From: a virus
Direction: 5' to 3' (one strand)
IMG/VR virus record: IMGVR_UViG_3300033994_001756
Span: 108,254-172,253 of that record
DNA length: 64,000 bases
How positions within the stretch are numbered: the stretch's first letter is position 1; every line of letters begins with the position of its first letter. The notes under the pieces are model-generated. The model made no database searches, was not told the origin of the DNA, and saw nothing but the letters and a program-made list of their open reading frames with translations. Both the position numbers and the translations under genes were made by a program. This document shows positions 50,693 to 58,719 of this stretch, piece by piece.

Positions 50693-52525
50693 ATGCCTGT
50701 TATAGGAGACACTTTTGGATTAAATTCTGTTTATGAAAAACAAGTACAAAATATAGAATCAAATAACCTTGTAAGTTGGCCTGAAAGTGCAACTTATGGA
50801 TATTTTTGCGGTGGCATTTCACCTATATCAACTATCAGCACAATTACAAGACTTGATTTTTTTAGTGAAATTGTAAGTCTTCCTGGAAAAAATTTACCTG
50901 TGGCATTTAATAGTACTGGAACAGTAAGAAGTATTTCTTTTGGGTATTTTGGTGGAGGCGGAATTGATGGCGGAAGCGTTTCCACCATCACAAGATTTGA
51001 TTTTTCTAATGAAACTATAAGTCTTCCAGGAAAGAATTTGCCAATGACATTAGCTAGTCCAGGGATTTCTAGTAAATCCTATGGATACTTTTTTGGCGGA
51101 AATGGCCAGCCAACCACAATTAGTACAGTCCATAGACTTGATTTTCTCAGTGAAACTATATCTGCTCCTGGAAAAAATCTTCCAGCAACTAGAACTGATG
51201 CGGCAACAGTTTCAACTGATTTATATGGTTATCTTGCTGGAGGATGGCTAAGCGAACCATCAATTTTTACAGCATATAGTACAATCACAAGATTTGATTT
51301 TTCAAATGAAAATATAAGTAATCCTGGAAGAAATTTACCTGCGAACATCTATGGTACTCAGGGAATATCTGGAAATTCTTTTGGATATTTTTGTGGTGGA
51401 TGGAATTTTCCGGCAAGTGGCAGAATTAGTACAGTCTCAAGACTTGACTTTTCAAATGAAACTTTAAGTGCTCCTGGAAGTAATCTTCCGGAAGCAAGAA
51501 ATGTTATGACCGCAGTTTCAAATAGTTCTTTTGGATATATTGGCGGTGGATTTACAACAGGACGTATTAGTACAATAACAAGATTTAATTTATCCAATGA
51601 AACTACAAGTAATCTTGCGGTTAGTTTACCCGAAAGTATAAGTCAATCAATGTCACTTTCCGGTGGAGCATCAGTTTATCGTGGTTCTAAGACTTTTGGA
51701 TACTTTGCTGGCAGATTTCCCTCTGTAAATACAATATCAAGACTTGATTTCTCCAATGAAACTGTAAGTAATCCAGGAAAAAATTTGGGAACGGGAACAT
51801 TTGATTTAGGAGCAGTATCAAATAATTATTATGGATATTTTGTAGGTGGAAATGGTTTAAGTCTAATACAGAGATTAGATTTCTCTAATGAAACTTTAGG
51901 CAATCCTGGAAAAAATTTACCAATAATAGCCTGGAGTATGGGTTCAACCTCAAGTAATTCTTATGGTTATTTTGGGGGAGGATACAATCCTTCAACAAGA
52001 ATTAATACAGTCACAAGACTTGATTTCTCCAATGAAACTGCAAGTAACTCTGGAAATAATTTATCAACGGTAAGAGGAAATTTAACAGCAACTTCAAACA
52101 ATTCTTATGGTTACTTTGTTGGTGGTAATGCTCCGGGATTTTTAAGTACCATCACAAGACTCGATTTCTCAAATGAAACTGTAAGCAATCCTGGAAAAAA
52201 TTTACCAACAGCAAGACAGAATATAGGATCATTTTCAAATAATTCTTATGGATATTTTGGTGGTGGTTATGCTCCCCCTGTGATTAATACAATCACAAGA
52301 CTTGATTTCTCAAATGAAACTGTAAGCAATCCTGGAAAAAATTTACCAACAGCAAGAAATAGCGTAGGAGCAACCTCAAGTAGTTTTTATGGATATTATG
52401 GTGGTGGAAATCCAAATATAAACACCATCACACGACTTGATTTTTCCACAGAAAATGTAAGTGATCCTGGAAATAATTTGCCCGCATCAGGTGGACAGCG
52501 TGGTGTAGTTTCAAACTCAAACTAA
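50693..52525 (+). CDS. Kelch-like double beta-propeller protein 3 (12 repeats)
   Basis: same repeat, same N-terminal FGL...WPES and C-terminal SNSN. Confidence 0.85.
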   Translation: MPVIGDTFGLNSVYEKQVQNIESNNLVSWPESATYGYFCGGISPISTISTITRLDFFSEIVSLPGKNLPVAFNSTGTVRSISFGYFGGGGIDGGSVSTITRFDFSNETISLPGKNLPMTLASPGISSKSYGYFFGGNGQPTTISTVHRLDFLSETISAPGKNLPATRTDAATVSTDLYGYLAGGWLSEPSIFTAYSTITRFDFSNENISNPGRNLPANIYGTQGISGNSFGYFCGGWNFPASGRISTVSRLDFSNETLSAPGSNLPEARNVMTAVSNSSFGYIGGGFTTGRISTITRFNLSNETTSNLAVSLPESISQSMSLSGGASVYRGSKTFGYFAGRFPSVNTISRLDFSNETVSNPGKNLGTGTFDLGAVSNNYYGYFVGGNGLSLIQRLDFSNETLGNPGKNLPIIAWSMGSTSSNSYGYFGGGYNPSTRINTVTRLDFSNETASNSGNNLSTVRGNLTATSNNSYGYFVGGNAPGFLSTITRLDFSNETVSNPGKNLPTARQNIGSFSNNSYGYFGGGYAPPVINTITRLDFSNETVSNPGKNLPTARNSVGATSSSFYGYYGGGNPNINTITRLDFSTENVSDPGNNLPASGGQRGVVSNSN

Positions 52526-52528
52526 ATA
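52522..52528 (+). promoter_or_regulatory. late promoter variant (CTAAATA) overlapping the propeller-3 stop
   Basis: CTAAATA upstream of the oxygenase gene. Confidence 0.6.
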
Positions 52529-52550
52529 AAATTACATATACAATTCTATT

Positions 52551-53210
52551 ATGAATGATATTCTTGCTAATGTTTTGATTCAACCTAAAGTAGTCACTCC
52601 AGAAGGGTTGAAATTTTTAACCGATCATATGAAAAAATCTCATAAAGAACAAATGTCTGTTTTTGATGCTGAAAGAAGTGATATAACAAGGCAAAGAGAA
52701 TCAAAAATAGATAAGTCAGTTAGAAATGTCGAGTGCGCTGATTTGCTTCCAGTCTATCCTCAAGTGAAAGATTTACTTGATAACATCGTAAAAAATGTAA
52801 TCAATCCATTTTATAAATTTGAAATACGGGATAGTGAAGAACCTCAGTTACTTTGTTATAGTCCAGGAGGACACTATAAACCTCACAACGATGCAGAAGG
52901 TTTGTGGACAAATCCCGATGGTACACAAATATGGAAAAAAACAATAGATAGAGATATATCCACTGTATTATTTTTGAATGATGATTTTGAAGGTGGATAT
53001 TTCTCTTTTCCTGATTTAAGAATTAAAGTAAAACCTGAACCAGGATTACTTTTATGTTTTCCATCTTCTAGATGGTATACTCATATGGTAGAACCAGTAA
53101 TTTCAGGTAATCGTTATAGTCTTGTTACCTGGATGAGAGTAAAAGGATTTAAGACAAAAGAAGAAATTGATAAAGAAATTGCTGACAAGTATGGTATAGA
53201 GGTTTATTAA
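52551..53210 (+). CDS. 2OG-Fe(II) oxygenase, prolyl-4-hydroxylase-like
   Basis: YSPGGHYKPHND (HxD), LFLNDDFEGG, FPS...H.V.PV.SG.RYSLVTW. Confidence 0.92.
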   Translation: MNDILANVLIQPKVVTPEGLKFLTDHMKKSHKEQMSVFDAERSDITRQRESKIDKSVRNVECADLLPVYPQVKDLLDNIVKNVINPFYKFEIRDSEEPQLLCYSPGGHYKPHNDAEGLWTNPDGTQIWKKTIDRDISTVLFLNDDFEGGYFSFPDLRIKVKPEPGLLLCFPSSRWYTHMVEPVISGNRYSLVTWMRVKGFKTKEEIDKEIADKYGIEVY

Positions 53211-53788
53211 ATCCTAGTCAATAAGTCATAACACTTTTGATTTTTATCATATGCATAGTCTGCATATTGACCATTCTTTCTCACAAAATGAAGAAATAAT
53301 TGCATAAATCTATCATGTTCATGCGTTCTCAATGGACTTCTCCAGTGAGGTACAATTGTCCCTAAGTATGCTACGCCATCTCCAGTAGGAGTTACAACTG
53401 ATTGTTTATTTCCTTCTAAATCTTTAAGTTTAATTGGCCAAGCAGTATCACCACAAATATTCATCGTAACTGATATTTCACATGATGGTCTATCGGTATG
53501 ACAATTCATCCATCCTCTATTGTGATAAGTTGTAGAGAACCAATAAGCAGGAATAAGTTCTTCTCCTAAAAGTTCTTCTAACACTGGTTGTATTCTTTTC
53601 ATTACAAATGCACATGCTGGAGGAGCGTAACAAGTTAATACGTGTCCTCTTTCTGGGTCAAAATAAGGTTTTAATCCACCAAGATCTCTAATTGCTCCAG
53701 ATAGATTTGCATATTTAATTTGTATAGCTTCTTCTTTGGTAATAATTGCTGGAAGGTAATACCAACCTTTCTTTGTAAAATCACTCAT
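53207..53788 (-). CDS. 2OG-Fe(II) oxygenase-like protein
   Basis: HTDRPSCEISVT (HxD), HWR and QLFLHFV motifs. Confidence 0.85.
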   Translation of the reverse strand: MSDFTKKGWYYLPAIITKEEAIQIKYANLSGAIRDLGGLKPYFDPERGHVLTCYAPPACAFVMKRIQPVLEELLGEELIPAYWFSTTYHNRGWMNCHTDRPSCEISVTMNICGDTAWPIKLKDLEGNKQSVVTPTGDGVAYLGTIVPHWRSPLRTHEHDRFMQLFLHFVRKNGQYADYAYDKNQKCYDLLTRI

Positions 53789-53844
53789 ATAACCGTAGTA
53801 ATACTATTTAATACTATATATTAGTTCTGAACCCTGACAGAGTT

Positions 53845-53873
53845 ATTATACAGGGTTTCATGGGTCTTGTCAA
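53845..53873 (-). promoter_or_regulatory. consensus sigma70 promoter (leftward)
   Basis: minus strand TTGACA (53873-53868)-17 nt-TATAAT (53850-53845). Confidence 0.88.
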
Positions 53874-53878
53874 CCCCC

Positions 53879-53907
53879 TTGACAAAACCAGCTAAATATG
53901 TTACGAT
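53879..53907 (+). promoter_or_regulatory. sigma70 promoter (rightward) with nested late-type CTAAATA
   Basis: TTGACA-17 nt-TACGAT with extended TG; CTAAATA at 53892-53898. Confidence 0.75.
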
Positions 53908-53934
53908 ACACCTTCACGATTCTAGGTAAATCAA

Positions 53935-54150
53935 ATGACCATGACACCTGAACAACTTCTTGAAAATTTCAAGACTCAACAAGCACAAACTATGGAAGAT
54001 ATCCGTAAGCTTGATACAGAACTGGCACAGAAAAAGGAACTCTATGTTAAACTTCAAGGAGCTATTGAAGGTTTAACTCTTCTTAATCCAGAAGAAGAGC
54101 TGGATGAGCCAACTGCAGATACAGAAGTAGTAGCTGAAGCTCTTGCATAA
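53935..54150 (+). CDS. small coiled-coil hypothetical protein
   Basis: heptad pattern, KLQGAIEGL. Confidence 0.75.
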   Translation: MTMTPEQLLENFKTQQAQTMEDIRKLDTELAQKKELYVKLQGAIEGLTLLNPEEELDEPTADTEVVAEALA

Positions 54151-54419
54151 TGTCAAATCCCAACGATATTAAAAACGAACTAATGGGTAGACTTAAGAAC
54201 CTATCTGAAACTGTTACAGATTCTTTCGGAGAGATTGCCAAGGGCAACAACATCTTTGTAGAATCAGCAGTGCAGGAGGCTCGAATGTCTACCTGTAGAT
54301 CTTGTGAAGACTTCAATACCAAAACTACACAATGTCGTCGCTGTGGTTGCTTTATGAGTGCAAAGACTAGACTAAAATCTGGCTCTTGTCCAATTGGCAA
54401 ATGGGGTAAAGTATCATGA
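54150..54419 (+). CDS. Cys-rich putative zinc-binding protein (DUF6171-like)
   Basis: RMSTCRSC...CRRCGCFMSAK...CPIGKW. Confidence 0.75.
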   Translation: MSNPNDIKNELMGRLKNLSETVTDSFGEIAKGNNIFVESAVQEARMSTCRSCEDFNTKTTQCRRCGCFMSAKTRLKSGSCPIGKWGKVS

Positions 54420-54568
54420 ACGAAAACAAAATGTTTGACAAAATTCTAAAAGAACGCTGTGATCGTTTTCAACAACTCATTGAAGAAGGTCGTTATGAGG
54501 ATGCAATTTCAATTGGTGAGGAGTTTGACGAATGGATAGGAGCATGTCAGAGTTGGCAGACCGAATAG
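54416..54568 (+). CDS. small hypothetical protein (50 aa)
   Basis: ATGA-coupled ORF MNENKMFDKILKERC... Confidence 0.55.
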   Translation: MNENKMFDKILKERCDRFQQLIEEGRYEDAISIGEEFDEWIGACQSWQTE

Positions 54569-54681
54569 AAACCCTAGAGGTTAGAGTCAACTCTCTACAA
54601 AAGATTGTAAATCAGTTAATTCTGATTATACATCTTTCAGACACTGATTTGAAAGAAAACTTACATTTATTGGAATCATAA
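54544..54681 (+). CDS. small hypothetical protein (45 aa)
   Basis: AGGAG RBS; MSELADRIETLEVRV... Confidence 0.5.
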   Translation: MSELADRIETLEVRVNSLQKIVNQLILIIHLSDTDLKENLHLLES

Positions 54682-54703
54682 GTTTTACTGATTTCCGAAC
54701 CTC

Positions 54704-54732
54704 TTGACAAATCCAGAAACCTCATATATATT
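54704..54732 (+). promoter_or_regulatory. sigma70-type promoter
   Basis: TTGACA-17 nt-TATATT. Confidence 0.55.
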
Positions 54733-54757
54733 ATTACAGTTAAACGAGGATTCGTCC

Positions 54758-54922
54758 ATGGCTTATTTAAGTTACCGAGGATCTATTCTGGATCAGATTC
54801 GTGATGACATCAGACTTGATGAAATTTATCGCAAGAGGGGACTTGACAAGTATGAAGAAGAGTCCTATGATGACTTCGCCAACGACTACGACTACGATTA
54901 CACTTTCGATTACGCAGACTGA
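54758..54922 (+). CDS. small acidic hypothetical protein
   Basis: GAGGA RBS before ATG 54758; D/Y-rich tail. Confidence 0.65.
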   Translation: MAYLSYRGSILDQIRDDIRLDEIYRKRGLDKYEEESYDDFANDYDYDYTFDYAD

Positions 54923-54931
54923 TTACTAACT

Positions 54932-55114
54932 ATGGGACGCACATTTCGTAAAGGAAACAAAAATCCTAACGGTAGCCTCTCTGAGCTACGCCAAAACGCA
55001 TCACTTCAAGATCTTGAATATGATGAAGGTTTCCGAGAGTACAAAATCTCTGGAACCAAGCGTTGGAATCGTAACGAGTCCACGTTCCGAGATTATGATG
55101 ATTACGAATACTAA
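54932..55114 (+). CDS. hypothetical protein (MGRTFRK)
   Basis: 60-aa ORF with basic N-terminus and acidic C-terminus. Confidence 0.65.
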   Translation: MGRTFRKGNKNPNGSLSELRQNASLQDLEYDEGFREYKISGTKRWNRNESTFRDYDDYEY

Positions 55115-55122
55115 TCTTCTAT

Positions 55123-55143
55123 AGGGGCTCATTAGTCCCTTTT
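55123..55143 (+). terminator. possible intrinsic terminator
   Basis: AGGGGCT-CATT-AGTCCCT followed by TTT. Confidence 0.45.
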
Positions 55144-55148
55144 CTATT

Positions 55149-55334
55149 ATGACACATTACGACAAGTTAATGGACACTATCAAAGATCATTTGTATGGCT
55201 ACTACGTTAGTGGTCAACATGATGATAAATGGGATGAGGAAGATGCAAAAGAATCTTCTGCCAGTATCCTTAAAGCAGTTGAAGAATTTCAAACTAAGCG
55301 AGCTAACTTAGGACAATGGAGGGCTAGTGACTGA
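55149..55334 (+). CDS. hypothetical protein
   Basis: 61-aa ORF in the coupled array. Confidence 0.65.
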   Translation: MTHYDKLMDTIKDHLYGYYVSGQHDDKWDEEDAKESSASILKAVEEFQTKRANLGQWRASD

Positions 55335-55476
55335 ATTTACTCTTGAACAAAAAAAGATTATCTTCAATGCAGTTCGATACTATCAAATGAATCGAGTCCC
55401 ATTAAACGGAAAAGAGTATGGTATTTGTGATGAAATCCTAGAAAGTTTATTCACCGAAACCAAATTAAAACAATGA
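55327..55476 (+). CDS. small hypothetical protein (49 aa)
   Basis: GGAGG RBS, GTG start; fills the gap and overlaps both neighbours. Confidence 0.6.
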   Translation: MTEFTLEQKKIIFNAVRYYQMNRVPLNGKEYGICDEILESLFTETKLKQ

Positions 55477-55679
55477 GAGCAGGAGACACAGTTAGATTCT
55501 TAGGTTGCTCCCGAGAACAAATCAGATGGGGGAGTAATGATGATCCAAATCCACATTTATTTGTTGGCGACAAGTATTATGTGGAACATGTGTACATTCA
55601 TTCCAATCATACTAAAGTAGAATTACGAGGAGTAGCTGGCAAATTTAATTCTGTCTGCTTTGAAGTAGTAAGTAAATGA
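55473..55679 (+). CDS. hypothetical protein
   Basis: EQIRWGSNDDP and FNSVCFE motifs. Confidence 0.7.
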   Translation: MRAGDTVRFLGCSREQIRWGSNDDPNPHLFVGDKYYVEHVYIHSNHTKVELRGVAGKFNSVCFEVVSK

Positions 55680-55769
55680 TATACGACAACGAAAAACTAA
55701 ACGAAATCTTTCGTGACACTTGGCCCAATCTTCATTGGGCTTCTAAACTACACAATACAGTGAGAACAA

Positions 55770-55976
55770 ATGACAGACAGAGCACAGAAGTTAATGACAG
55801 AGATCTGGGAGGAGAGACACTCCTGGGCTGATACTGAAGAGAAACTGGTATCAGCAGTCATTCGCAAGACTCTAGATCACTGCAAGACTTTTGTTGCTCA
55901 GAAGATGAACAATATGTCTGTAATTGATAAAAACGATTTAATTGCTTTATCAAACGAACTTGAACAACTGCCATGA
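55770..55976 (+). CDS. hypothetical protein
   Basis: 68-aa ORF, ATGA overlap with the next gene. Confidence 0.65.
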   Translation: MTDRAQKLMTEIWEERHSWADTEEKLVSAVIRKTLDHCKTFVAQKMNNMSVIDKNDLIALSNELEQLP

Positions 55977-56284
55977 GTAAATTTCAATCGACTATCTCAA
56001 CTGTTGCAGCTCTAGCGAGTATTTTTGGTGCTGGTGCAGCTGGATGGAAGCTTGCACAAGTAAATTCAGATGTACCGCCAACAGTATTAGATCAGAAGAT
56101 TAATCAACTAGACCAAAAACTAGAAGATTTAAGTAAACCAGAAGTGGTAGCTGAAACTCCTGCACCACACCCAGTCGAGGAACCTCCACAACCACCCTTG
56201 ACACCAGCACCACAACCTGCTATACTACCTCCAGTACCACAAACTCAACAAACTCCACCTCCACCACTGCCTCCTCTGCCATGA
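55973..56284 (+). CDS. protein with N-terminal hydrophobic segment, coiled coil and Pro-rich tail
   Basis: TVAALASIFGAGAAGW, LDQKINQLDQKLEDL, PPPPLPPLP. Confidence 0.7.
   Translation: MSKFQSTISTVAALASIFGAGAAGWKLAQVNSDVPPTVLDQKINQLDQKLEDLSKPEVVAETPAPHPVEEPPQPPLTPAPQPAILPPVPQTQQTPPPPLPPLP
56198..56226 (+). promoter_or_regulatory. sigma70 promoter inside a CDS, upstream of the RNA ligase
   Basis: TTGACA-17 nt-TATACT with extended TG. Confidence 0.85.
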
Positions 56285-57345
56285 ATACTGTGAGAAAGCT
56301 TGCCAGCGTTGCTGAAATCACTTACATCAAACCTATTGAAGGTGCTGATGCTATTGAATGTGCCATCGTAAATGGTGGTTGGCCTGTAGTTATTCGTAAA
56401 GGTGAATATCAAGTTGGTGATGTTGCCATCTATCTTGAGATTGATAGTTGGGTTCCTCACAAACTTGCTCCTTTTCTGAGTAAGGGTCAAGAACCTCGTG
56501 AATATAATGGTGTAAAGGGTGAGCGTCTTCGCACTGTGAAACTTCGTGGTCAACTCAGTCAGGGACTTCTAATCAAACCATCGGATATTCCTAATTCTAT
56601 TATCTATATGGATTTGGCGATTGGTGAAAATGTATCTCATATTCTTGAAGTGCAGAAGTGGGAACCACCTATTCCTGCTCAACTTCAGGGCACGATGAAG
56701 GGTAACTTCCCTCACTTCATTCCTAAAACTGATCAAGAACGCTGTCAGAATCTTCGCAGGGAAATCTTTGAGGAACATGAAGGTGAAACCTATGAAGTTA
56801 CTACCAAACTTGATGGTAGCAGCATGACTGTCTACGTCAAGAATGGTGAAGTTGGTGTGTGTTCCCGTAATATTGATCTGATTGAAACTGAAGGTAATAG
56901 TTTCTGGAAGGCAGCACGGGAACAGAATATCGTTGAGGCACTTGCCCGTATCAGTGAAGACAAAGGTGAAGAGTATGCCATTCAAGGTGAACTAATTGGT
57001 GAAGGTATCCAGGGCAATCCTGAGAAAATCGAAGGTCAACACTTCTATCTGTTTGACATCTACAGTATCACTGAGGGTCGTTATCTGAAACCTCAAGAAC
57101 GCTACAGTATTATGGATAAGATGAATCTTAACTATGATGCTTATATTAATCATGTTCCTTTTATTGATACTGTCTGTATTGTCACCAATGAATTCAGCAC
57201 GATTGATGATCTTCTGTCATTTGCTGAAGGTCCATCGCTGAATCCTCAAACTAAGCGTGAAGGTCTGGTATTCAAGTCGTATGATAGTGATTTCACTTTC
57301 AAGGCGATTGCTAACTCTTATCTTTTGAAGCACAAAGACCGATGA
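56281..57345 (+). CDS. RNA ligase, DRB0094/Rnl5-like
   Basis: N-terminal RKLAS...PIEGADAIE OB-like domain; KLDGSS (motif I), QGELIG, YLFDI, REGLVFK, FKAI. Confidence 0.92.
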   Translation: MNTVRKLASVAEITYIKPIEGADAIECAIVNGGWPVVIRKGEYQVGDVAIYLEIDSWVPHKLAPFLSKGQEPREYNGVKGERLRTVKLRGQLSQGLLIKPSDIPNSIIYMDLAIGENVSHILEVQKWEPPIPAQLQGTMKGNFPHFIPKTDQERCQNLRREIFEEHEGETYEVTTKLDGSSMTVYVKNGEVGVCSRNIDLIETEGNSFWKAAREQNIVEALARISEDKGEEYAIQGELIGEGIQGNPEKIEGQHFYLFDIYSITEGRYLKPQERYSIMDKMNLNYDAYINHVPFIDTVCIVTNEFSTIDDLLSFAEGPSLNPQTKREGLVFKSYDSDFTFKAIANSYLLKHKDR

Positions 57346-57611
57346 AACTATTTGATTATCAAACTTACGAGGACTATGGAAAAGAATGGTTCCTCCAAAT
57401 ACTTACACGTCGTAATTTTGCTCTGTTTGATTTTACTCTCCAATGGGATGATGATGGTTCTGATGAAATCTTCCCAGCAATATCATTGAGTATTGGTTCT
57501 AGTCATTTGCTTGGATTTTTCTTTCGTTGGCACAGATTTCAATTTGATTGTAGTATAGTTGATACAAAACCAAGAAATCTTGAATGGTACAGGAGAAACT
57601 TTGATGACTGA
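57342..57611 (+). CDS. hypothetical protein
   Basis: ATGA-coupled, aromatic-rich 89-aa ORF. Confidence 0.65.
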   Translation: MKLFDYQTYEDYGKEWFLQILTRRNFALFDFTLQWDDDGSDEIFPAISLSIGSSHLLGFFFRWHRFQFDCSIVDTKPRNLEWYRRNFDD

Positions 57612-57897
57612 CCTTGATGATCTTTTAAAACCAGAGAACAAGTTTATTGTTCCAGTAACAGTTGAACTTTCAAGTTATGACCAAGTAAAACTACGAAAAT
57701 TCATCAATCTTCACTATCTTGGTGATGAGGATGCTAATGAATTCGTAGATGGAACTTACAAAGCAAAGTATCCAGAGAAAGAAACTCCAGAGTTCCAGAA
57801 TGCAGTATGGAAAACTAATGTTGGTTATACAGTAAATCTTGCTGTAGAGTTTGATGAAAAAGGTGTTCCCACATTTGAGGTTGTGAAAAATGGTTGA
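57604..57897 (+). CDS. hypothetical protein
   Basis: AGGAG RBS; start moved to ATG 57604. Confidence 0.65.
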   Translation: MTDLDDLLKPENKFIVPVTVELSSYDQVKLRKFINLHYLGDEDANEFVDGTYKAKYPEKETPEFQNAVWKTNVGYTVNLAVEFDEKGVPTFEVVKNG

Positions 57898-58075
57898 GAA
57901 AGTAAAGTTTGTAACTGTCACTCGTGTGATTGATGACAGGGCAGGAATTCATTATCTAGATGCCGTTGATGTAAATGGATATCACTGGTCTGCTGAAATG
58001 GATAGTAAACAAGAGAAATGGTTAGTATATAATAAAGTATGGACTAGAGATCCACAGCAACCTTATGATTTATGA
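57890..58075 (+). CDS. hypothetical protein
   Basis: 61-aa coupled ORF, IHYLDAVD..G.HW. Confidence 0.65.
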   Translation: MVEKVKFVTVTRVIDDRAGIHYLDAVDVNGYHWSAEMDSKQEKWLVYNKVWTRDPQQPYDL

Positions 58076-58719
58076 CTGGTATTAAAATTATATCACCGAA
58101 TGGAGAGTATAAGTTACTTGATTCTGGATATTTGAGAGGACCAGGATCAGTATCGCCTAAAACACAACTACACATTCATAAAATGACTGAACTTGAAGAA
58201 CTGAAAGCACAACTTAAAATTCTTGAAAAGAAAGTAGCACTTCTTGAAGAGATTGAAAAGACACCAATTCCTAAAATGGAACTTCTCAAAGAAGGTAGCG
58301 TTTATTGTGTTGAGTACAATACCATCAAATACTACCGTATGAAGTATCTTCATAGTGATGATTGGATTAAGTGGTGGCGTGAGAATGATGAAGGAACACA
58401 ACTCACTCGTGTAGATGATCCTGAAACATTCCGATTGCTTGAGCAACTGTTTGCTGCTGACATCTCTGCTAATCCAGAAAGCTCATTCAAGTTTACCTTT
58501 GGTCCTACTTTGTATGATGTGATTGAAGATTGGTGGAGTGATATTTTTACCACTGGAGTTGATGGAGATTCTGACACATGCATCAAAGATCTTGTTGAAA
58601 GGATTTGGAAATGGATGCCTAGTTATCAATCTGCCGAAGGTTCTCAATGTGTTGGTGTTGAAGAACTGGTGGCAGGATGGAATGATTGTTTGGAAACAAT
58701 TAAGAGGAAACTGGGATGA
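58072..58719 (+). CDS. hypothetical protein (mosaic; alternative start 58183)
   Basis: 215-aa ORF with a coiled-coil segment and C-terminal GWNDCL. Confidence 0.7.
   Translation: MTGIKIISPNGEYKLLDSGYLRGPGSVSPKTQLHIHKMTELEELKAQLKILEKKVALLEEIEKTPIPKMELLKEGSVYCVEYNTIKYYRMKYLHSDDWIKWWRENDEGTQLTRVDDPETFRLLEQLFAADISANPESSFKFTFGPTLYDVIEDWWSDIFTTGVDGDSDTCIKDLVERIWKWMPSYQSAEGSQCVGVEELVAGWNDCLETIKRKLG

Noticed and set aside
43554-52525. CRISPR-like appearance (recurring conserved DNA core with variable intervening sequence)
   Set aside because: The period is about 140-150 nt and in frame, repeats vary at synonymous sites, all lie in long ORFs, and there are no cas genes; these are protein repeats
39760-53788. 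Diversity-generating retroelement or invertase shufflon acting on fibres or propellers
   Set aside because: No reverse transcriptase or recombinase in the window, no non-coding template repeat, and differences between repeats are not obviously adenine-specific
42890-53788. DNA hypermodification as the primary role of the GT/oxygenase genes
   Set aside because: Not excluded, but disfavoured: the genes are in a late structural context, the oxygenase is P4H-like rather than TET/JBP-like, and no methylase or nucleotide kinase is adjacent
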